Positions 58,287 through 64,000 of a DNA stretch of 64,000 nt are shown here, piece after piece (position 1 is the first letter of the stretch; each line of letters opens with the position of its first letter). The position numbers and the translations under genes were made by a program. The notes beneath the pieces are model-generated. The model was not told the DNA's origin, did no database searches, and saw only the letters and a program-made list of their open reading frames with translations. Source of the stretch: a virus (taxonomy: Duplodnaviria > Caudoviricetes); the IMG/VR virus record IMGVR_UViG_3300028832_000004, positions 1 to 64,000 of that record. One strand, 5' to 3'.

Positions 58287-59839
58287 TAGGACCTCTTCTG
58301 TTCCGCAGTTTCTTCATCAGGCACGTTTATAACCTGCGTTGCGCCGGAAATGCTATCAAGCAGCGATTCAATGTAGCGTGCCTTCTCCCGCTTGTTTACA
58401 TACGGGCGGACATCTTCATCATTGGTCAATGTCGTAATGGTATTGTAGATGTGTTCCATCACTGTCGTGGTAGCATCCACGTATTCCATTCGGTCAAGTT
58501 CGGCGACGTTGACGGCGCAATACTGGCTCACATGGATGTATTCGTCCGGAACGACCATGCCGTAGGACCGGAGAAGATCCTTTAATGTCTTAGTCAAGAA
58601 TCGGCGCAGACCGTTTTGCATCATTTTCACGGTACGCGCATAACGCACATACTGGCGCATGGCAAGTCCGGCGGGCTGTGCGGTGCGGCCTTCAGGACTG
58701 AATAGGAATGAATACGGCACGCCCTTAATATCTGTAATAAGATTACGGAGCGCATTGATTTGATCCGGAAGGGTTGCATCATTCGTCTGTGCGGATCCAA
58801 GGGCAACGCCAATGGCGCCACGTTGCGATTGTTCGGGGACCACTCGAAGCTTTGCTGCGGCGGCGGCAAACATGCGAATTGCGCCAATATCCTGCGTATT
58901 CAAAGATGTCAGGTCGGCGCTGTCGTTATTATTAAGAATATTTTCATAATATGCGGTGAATGAGCGCAGCTGCGTAAGATCAAGTCCATCCGGCGCCTTC
59001 ACGCCAACAATGGTATTGCGTTGAATTGCGGCGGCAATGCTTGCAAGATACATCTGCTCCAACAGCTCAAGCGAAAACACCTTATCATATATTTCAACAC
59101 AGAATGGGCGCCCGACCGTGGATGTCTGCGCAATAATGGAGTCCCTGCCTTGAATCATAATGGGATTCGTGGACAATGCAAATCGCATTCTATCGGACTG
59201 CATGGACAGGCATACTATATCATCGTTGTCTAGCGTGGAGATGCGGGTGGAATCGCCCGGAGTCACCTTATAGTAAAGCGGCTTTGCGCTCAGCCCTTCA
59301 AGGCCGACCGTAAATACGGATCCCGGCTGATAACTGTCCTGAAGGCCCACTATGTGGTTTTCCTGATCGCGCAGATATTCAATCCAATATTGCCCATAGA
59401 AAATGGCATCGCATACAATCTTATTCAGGAACGTGTCCAATGAGATATTATAGCGAAAATCGTCGACAATTCGCTGCGCCTTGCGGGATGCCGGATACTT
59501 GGTATCGATTGTCAAGTCGATTGATTTTTCGGTCTGCGGATCGATGGCCAGCACATCGTATGCGTAGGCATTAATCATTGCGGAGACCAAATATTGACCT
59601 TTCAAAGGTTCATACTTATTTAGGTCGTTTCTATAGGTGACAAAATGCTCATAAAGCTGCATCCACAATCCCATTTGGGACGCGGGGGCATTGGCGATTT
59701 GGCGTAACCGTTCGCGGTCAGCATCGGACGTGGCAATAGCATATTCAACATCGGTCATGCGGGACGCGATGTTCTGCATTATGGTTTGATCTGCAAATAC
59801 CTGCTGAAATGTCCGGGCCGCACGTGTAAAAATGTTCAA
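58286..59839 (-). CDS. portal protein (T4 gp20-like)
   Basis: LVSAMINAYAYD, AIFYGQYW, VGRP, LELLE, KGVPYSFL, YARTVKMMQ. Confidence 0.8.
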   Translation of the reverse strand: MNIFTRAARTFQQVFADQTIMQNIASRMTDVEYAIATSDADRERLRQIANAPASQMGLWMQLYEHFVTYRNDLNKYEPLKGQYLVSAMINAYAYDVLAIDPQTEKSIDLTIDTKYPASRKAQRIVDDFRYNISLDTFLNKIVCDAIFYGQYWIEYLRDQENHIVGLQDSYQPGSVFTVGLEGLSAKPLYYKVTPGDSTRISTLDNDDIVCLSMQSDRMRFALSTNPIMIQGRDSIIAQTSTVGRPFCVEIYDKVFSLELLEQMYLASIAAAIQRNTIVGVKAPDGLDLTQLRSFTAYYENILNNNDSADLTSLNTQDIGAIRMFAAAAAKLRVVPEQSQRGAIGVALGSAQTNDATLPDQINALRNLITDIKGVPYSFLFSPEGRTAQPAGLAMRQYVRYARTVKMMQNGLRRFLTKTLKDLLRSYGMVVPDEYIHVSQYCAVNVAELDRMEYVDATTTVMEHIYNTITTLTNDEDVRPYVNKREKARYIESLLDSISGATQVINVPDEETAEQKRS

Positions 59840-59857
59840 AGTATATGCCTCCTATAA

Positions 59858-60244
59858 CTACGCAAAATGAAGAACTCTCCACATTTTACGGCTATGAGAA
59901 CCACTAAAGACTGCATTACGGACGCAGTCCGTTAGCAGAAACCGGTATTTGCATTTGTATTCGGCCTTAGTTATCTTCCCTTTTAAATAACGCATCAAAT
60001 TAAAGCGCCCGCCAAAAACAACGCGCTTGGTTCCAAAGGAAGAATAAATGCCATGCGCATATCTTACGGCGGACTGCATAAGCCAGCTGTTCACGTGAAA
60101 ATACTGCTTGACATGCCGCCGAACCCCCGTTTCATCTAGACCATCTAAATAACGATTATATGCCATGCGGACAATGCTACTGAAAGCACGCATGTGGCCC
60201 AACAGGGAGGAACCATTCGTTATTTGAAGTTTAAGGGTTTTCAT
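59858..60244 (-). mobile_element. tnpB: internally deleted IS200/IS605 TnpB-like remnant
   Basis: MKTLKL..FSSIVRMAYNR..NSWLMQSA..VVFGGR..KGKITKAEYK joined to a YRF..VFS tail; no RuvC. Confidence 0.65.
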
Positions 60245-60338
60245 ACACTAAATATACGATTTTCGAGGAAATTTCCGCACCGGATAATAAAAGGCGGCCT
60301 AATCAACCGCCTTAAAATACCGCAAATGAAGGCACCGA

Positions 60339-60701
60339 CTATCCAACGGAATAACCTTTTTCTTTAAGGGCATTCATAATGGCGTCGATCACCGCATTGA
60401 CCTCTGGGCGCTCGTCCATCCAGGCATTGTAAGTTTCTTCCTCTTCCCCCTTTGGAAGGCCAATATGGGCAATAATCCATTCCTCCAAATAGAGCCCGGA
60501 ATCGGACAACGTATCCATCAAATCTTCGATCTCATAACCGTCTTTGGGGTCGATTTTGCGGCGCTTGAGACTTTTAAGATAAAGATCAGCAGCACTCCGC
60601 ACAAAATCATCTTTAGTCATTGCACCATAATTATAACGGCGAGCCTCGGATGCAGGGGTAGCCCTCACAGCCTTCTTTTTGATCAATTTAATTCTAGGCA
60701 T
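60339..60701 (-). CDS. hypothetical protein sharing the MPxIxL leader
   Basis: MPRIKLIKKK..SEA; AGGAG RBS. Confidence 0.7.
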   Translation of the reverse strand: MPRIKLIKKKAVRATPASEARRYNYGAMTKDDFVRSAADLYLKSLKRRKIDPKDGYEIEDLMDTLSDSGLYLEEWIIAHIGLPKGEEEETYNAWMDERPEVNAVIDAIMNALKEKGYSVG

Positions 60702-60759
60702 AAAAGCTCCTTATGAAAGTTCTTTCCATAAAAATAACATTTTTAAGGCAAAAGGCAAC

Positions 60760-61497
60760 CTACGGCAGGCGGACGTGCTTCTTCACTTCGACCCAATACT
60801 TGAATCGCCCCCACGCCGGGGACTCCGGGCAAACGAATCCATCGGGAACCCAGCCGCCTTCATTTTGGTAGCCTTCCACCGCAATGAACAAGGAGGACGC
60901 CTTTCCGAGCAGCAACTTCTTCGCGTCGTTGTCCATAAAGGTTTCCGGAATGGCCTGCCAATAGTGGAGCAGGTTGACGGCGCCCTGCCAAAAATATGCC
61001 GGCGCCTTCATTTGCGCCTTCACGCCCATTCCCTCAACCATATCACAAATTCGTCCCTTCAATTCCGCCTTCGCCTCCGCAATCCTAGCGGCTTCGGACT
61101 TTTGAAAGAAGAAATGAAGGAAAGGACTAAACACGCCTTGTCCCTTTGTGACCGGGGCTATAAGAAAATGTGCCACCGGAACTTTCATGCGGACGCCGTT
61201 CTGCAGCGGCGGATACCAGCATCCCTCCTTTTGACGCTCGCTGATTGTCTGCAAGGCGGTTGTGATTGCATTTACGGCGGAATCGGTCCCATTAAAGACT
61301 AGCGGATAACGCGGCTTGCAGTGATCCGCCCAATCGCGGACAAATCGATTGGTTGCAATTTCATCAATGAGGGCGAGGCCTTCGCGATGCGTCTTGGTGA
61401 ACGCATTTTGCGAAGCCCTTAAAATGTTCGGAAAACGGCGCTCAAGGACAAATACCGGATCATCCTCGACGCCCTGCGGTCTAAGATTGAATGCCAT
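60760..61497 (-). CDS. hypothetical protein
   Basis: 245 aa; CGTATAAT-N5-ATG upstream. Confidence 0.7.
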   Translation of the reverse strand: MAFNLRPQGVEDDPVFVLERRFPNILRASQNAFTKTHREGLALIDEIATNRFVRDWADHCKPRYPLVFNGTDSAVNAITTALQTISERQKEGCWYPPLQNGVRMKVPVAHFLIAPVTKGQGVFSPFLHFFFQKSEAARIAEAKAELKGRICDMVEGMGVKAQMKAPAYFWQGAVNLLHYWQAIPETFMDNDAKKLLLGKASSLFIAVEGYQNEGGWVPDGFVCPESPAWGRFKYWVEVKKHVRLP

Positions 61498-61503
61498 GTC
61501 AAA

Positions 61504-61809
61504 TTATACGGAAGGGTTTTGCCGTTTAGCCACTGCGCTACGGACAGCAGGGCTAAATCTAAGGACCGGAACCAAACGCCGTGGCACCGGGGCTTTGGCC
61601 CCGGTACGCGGATTTCTTGCGGGGCGAGCCTTGCGGCGCTGTACGAAGAATGTGCCGAAGCCACGTATCTCGATGGTCTCGCCCTTTATAAGATGCGCCG
61701 CCATGCTGGACAATAGGCATTCCACCGCCGACTTGACCTGCCCGGCCGGAATATCCGTACGGTAGACAATCGCATCCACTATATCTTTTTTCGTGATGTT
61801 CAGGGTCAT
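61504..61809 (-). CDS. HU/IHF-family DNA-binding protein
   Basis: ITKKDIV..IEIRGFGTF..RKARPARNPRTG. Confidence 0.92.
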   Translation of the reverse strand: MTLNITKKDIVDAIVYRTDIPAGQVKSAVECLLSSMAAHLIKGETIEIRGFGTFFVQRRKARPARNPRTGAKAPVPRRLVPVLRFSPAVRSAVAKRQNPSV

Positions 61810-61820
61810 AGGTACCTCAT

Positions 61821-62372
61821 TTATCCGATTGAGATGGTAGGCACCGTCGAGACGTGTACGCCCTGAAGCGGGCACGCAGTGCACGCATTAAGAGCCGGGG
61901 CGACGGCGCTGCCCACATTAATTACATCCCCGGTAACGGTTACAAGTCCCTTTGCATCAATCTTGGTGCCCATGGCATCATGTACAATCTTCAGGTTGCC
62001 ATCCCCGGTTTCCATCGAAATCATCGAGCCATCCTTCTTGCCGGAAATAATATTCTTCCCGAAACGCATATAGAAATCGGTTGTAAGATCAACCCCATTC
62101 AATTCCTCGGCAAGTCCCAATATATAGGTCTGCATGAAGGTGTCAACCGAAACCACCACCTTATCCCCGATCTCATATGAAAATGACATAGGGGCCAGCT
62201 GGCGGGCGGTGGTGACAAGCTGGCGTTCATTCCCTTCGGAATCCGCATACGTAATTTCGATTGCGTAGTTTGGCCCATCCTCCGTAATCCTGCCAATATA
62301 GCAGGCGCGGCGAGGATCTAAAAACTTATGCAAGGCCCTGAGTCCGAGATCAAACTGCATACATGCCTCCAT
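61821..62372 (-). CDS. baseplate central spike (gpV/gp5-like)
   Basis: N-terminal OB-like YEIGDKVVV..YILG; beta repeats; C-terminal CPLQGVH. Confidence 0.65.
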   Translation of the reverse strand: MEACMQFDLGLRALHKFLDPRRACYIGRITEDGPNYAIEITYADSEGNERQLVTTARQLAPMSFSYEIGDKVVVSVDTFMQTYILGLAEELNGVDLTTDFYMRFGKNIISGKKDGSMISMETGDGNLKIVHDAMGTKIDAKGLVTVTGDVINVGSAVAPALNACTACPLQGVHVSTVPTISIG

Positions 62373-62467
62373 TTGCGCAAAAACGCATGTTTACGGCGAG
62401 TTCTATATCGTGCATACCCTTTTATACGCCTATACATAAAACAGGCGTAAACTCCCATTAAAATATA

Positions 62468-62502
62468 AAAAGCGTTCCCGATAATCAATACCGGGAACGC
62501 TT
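62468..62502 (-). terminator. terminator after the queC-PRTase pair
   Basis: AAGCGTTCCCG..CGGGAACGCTT with a T-tract on the minus strand. Confidence 0.7.
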
Positions 62503-62535
62503 GGGTGAGTATGTTTGGGGGTGTTTCATTATTGT

Positions 62536-62937
62536 TTATTGTTTCGGGGGGCTGGCCAATTCCCAAGGGAATTCAAACCATGCCTCCCGATCTTTGTGTA
62601 GCTCCGAAACGAGCAGACCACAGAGATCCGGTTGCGCCTTTGCTCCAGCCTTGGCAACGTCCGTATAAAAAATCGGATTGTATTTCTTATACGCGAGCAA
62701 GGTATTGCCGGTATCGCAAATGTCATCCACGATAAGGCAGCCCGGGCGCGGTTCGGTCAGGTATTCGACCTTCAAAAGATGGGAGAAGAGGACGGCAAGG
62801 CAGACGCCGCCGCGAGGGATTCCATATACACCATTTATGAAGCGATTGGACTTCACAAATTCCTTCGCGGCGGTACCTGCGGAGAGGATCACGTCCTCCC
62901 ATGTTCTATGCACAATTCTAGGCTGATTATTTTTCAT
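62536..62937 (-). CDS. type I phosphoribosyltransferase (Gpt/XGPRT-like)
   Basis: YGIPRGG, PRPP loop LIVDDICDTGNTL, WFEFPWE. Confidence 0.88.
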   Translation of the reverse strand: MKNNQPRIVHRTWEDVILSAGTAAKEFVKSNRFINGVYGIPRGGVCLAVLFSHLLKVEYLTEPRPGCLIVDDICDTGNTLLAYKKYNPIFYTDVAKAGAKAQPDLCGLLVSELHKDREAWFEFPWELASPPKQ

Positions 62938-63628
62938 AAGGAACCGGATACTCCACACCGTTGGCCTTGAATGCTGCAATGGCGTCGACGCAAGTGCCGC
63001 ACTTCCCGCATGCCTTTTCGCCTCCGCGATAGCATGACCACGTAAGTTCATACGGTACCTTTAGGCGCAGGCCCTCTTTTACGACGCCTGCCTTATTTAG
63101 CTTAATAAGCGGACGCCAAACGTGAATGTTTCCATATGTGCCGATTGAGATGGCCTTATCCATGGCCTCGGCGAATGGTTCCGAACAATCGGCATACGCT
63201 TGCCCGGCGGCATCGTCCGCATGTGCGCCATAAACAACCACGGCCTTCTGTTTTGGGAACAGCGAGTCCGCATACGCCGTGGCGATGGCCAAAAGCAAGC
63301 CGTTGCGGAACGGAACGTAAGTGCCAACGCGGCCTTCGCCATTTTCGGCAATCTGTTCGGCGTACGACTTATCCGGAATTTCAAGCTTGGAATCCTTCAT
63401 TAGCGAGCACACGTCGCCAGCATACTTCATCACGCACGAGATGTCTTCCTCGATGTGGCGGACGCCGTAATGCTCGGCGACCTTCTTGGCGCACAGCAAT
63501 TCCTTGTCGTGGCGCTGCCCGTAGTAGAGCGTGGCGGTGACAACATTTTCCTTGCCATACTTTTCAATGGCGAGGGCAACGCAGGTGGTGGAATCGACCC
63601 CACCGGAATTCAAAACCAATGCCTTCAT
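62927..63628 (-). CDS. queC: 7-cyano-7-deazaguanine synthase
   Basis: SGGVDST, YGQRH, YVPFRN, YADC, TWSCY, CGKCGTC. Confidence 0.95.
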   Translation of the reverse strand: MKALVLNSGGVDSTTCVALAIEKYGKENVVTATLYYGQRHDKELLCAKKVAEHYGVRHIEEDISCVMKYAGDVCSLMKDSKLEIPDKSYAEQIAENGEGRVGTYVPFRNGLLLAIATAYADSLFPKQKAVVVYGAHADDAAGQAYADCSEPFAEAMDKAISIGTYGNIHVWRPLIKLNKAGVVKEGLRLKVPYELTWSCYRGGEKACGKCGTCVDAIAAFKANGVEYPVPYEK

Positions 63629-63717
63629 ATTTGTCCTTTGATTAAATGATGCGGCCCGGCGTTATTGGGAGCGCAAAATCTCTTAGGGGCCGCCGCCACC
63701 TAATATACGAAATCGCT

Positions 63718-63821
63718 ACAAAAAGGGGAATTTTTACAAAACCAGGGTGTCTTTTTCAGTAGATTAATGTATATTTATATCATAAGGGTCCGGGTAGGGT
63801 CCAAATCAAAGGAAGAACATC
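63718..63821 (+). promoter_or_regulatory. repeated promoter/stem-loop/RBS cassette, copy 5 (divergent)
   Basis: GTGTCT-N17-TATATT, GGTCC-GGGTA-GGGTC, AATCAAAGGAAG. Confidence 0.7.
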
Positions 63822-64000
63822 ATGGCTGAAATTACATACGAAAACGTCGAATCTTTCTACGGCACGGCCTTTTACGGCAAATCCTCCGGGGATACCATTA
63901 ATATCATCGGCAAGGCAAAAACATCGAATGGCGAGGAGGTTATCCTGCTTGACAATCGCCGCTTTGTCACGGTCAAGGGCTTCAACATGCAGTATATGCC
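63822..64000 (+). CDS. hypothetical early protein (partial)
   Basis: MAEITYENVESF.. open to the window end. Confidence 0.6.
   Translation, partial: MAEITYENVESFYGTAFYGKSSGDTINIIGKAKTSNGEEVILLDNRRFVTVKGFNMQYM

Noticed and set aside
63630-63712. Canonical preQ1 riboswitch upstream of queC
   Set aside because: It lacks the class I loop and A-rich tail consensus; kept only as an unspecified structured leader
1-64000. CRISPR arrays, tRNA or rRNA genes
   Set aside because: No regularly spaced repeats or cloverleaf signatures were recognised by eye; a tRNA scan would be needed to exclude them fully
1-64000. Stop-codon reassignment
   Set aside because: Core genes are full length in the standard code and end in TAA, TAG and TGA
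1-64000. Integrated prophage or bacterial chromosome
   Set aside because: No integrase, repressor or host housekeeping operons were seen; the content is uniformly phage-like

Overview
This 64 kb window is part of a large lytic tailed-phage genome with a T4-like myovirus structural set, encoded almost entirely on the minus strand. Head genes are a portal, prohead protease, scaffold and gp23-like major capsid. Contractile-tail genes are sheath, tube, chaperone, tape measure, baseplate parts, spike and fibres. Replication and recombination genes include a UDG-fused family A DNA polymerase, primase, SSB, RecA/UvsX, UvsY-like mediator, SNF2 helicase, split SbcC plus SbcD, and HU. There are also two peptidoglycan hydrolases and dispersed 7-deazaguanine genes (folE, queE, queC, the last coupled to a phosphoribosyltransferase). 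A FISUMP (Fib_succ_major) gene hints at a Fibrobacter-like host (inference). Main points of interest: (1) a mosaic array of probable capsid-packaged proteins with shuffled domains; (2) the QueC-PRTase coupling alongside an atypical PolA; (3) an opposite-strand AEP/Rep-like island followed by an origin-like triple repeat; (4) two inteins in Walker A motifs, one with an HNH domain and one class 3; (5) five copies of a promoter/stem-loop cassette; (6) probable leaderless genes; (7) a candidate +1 tail-chaperone frameshift; (8) an internally deleted TnpB. All family calls come from motif recognition by eye, with no database search.
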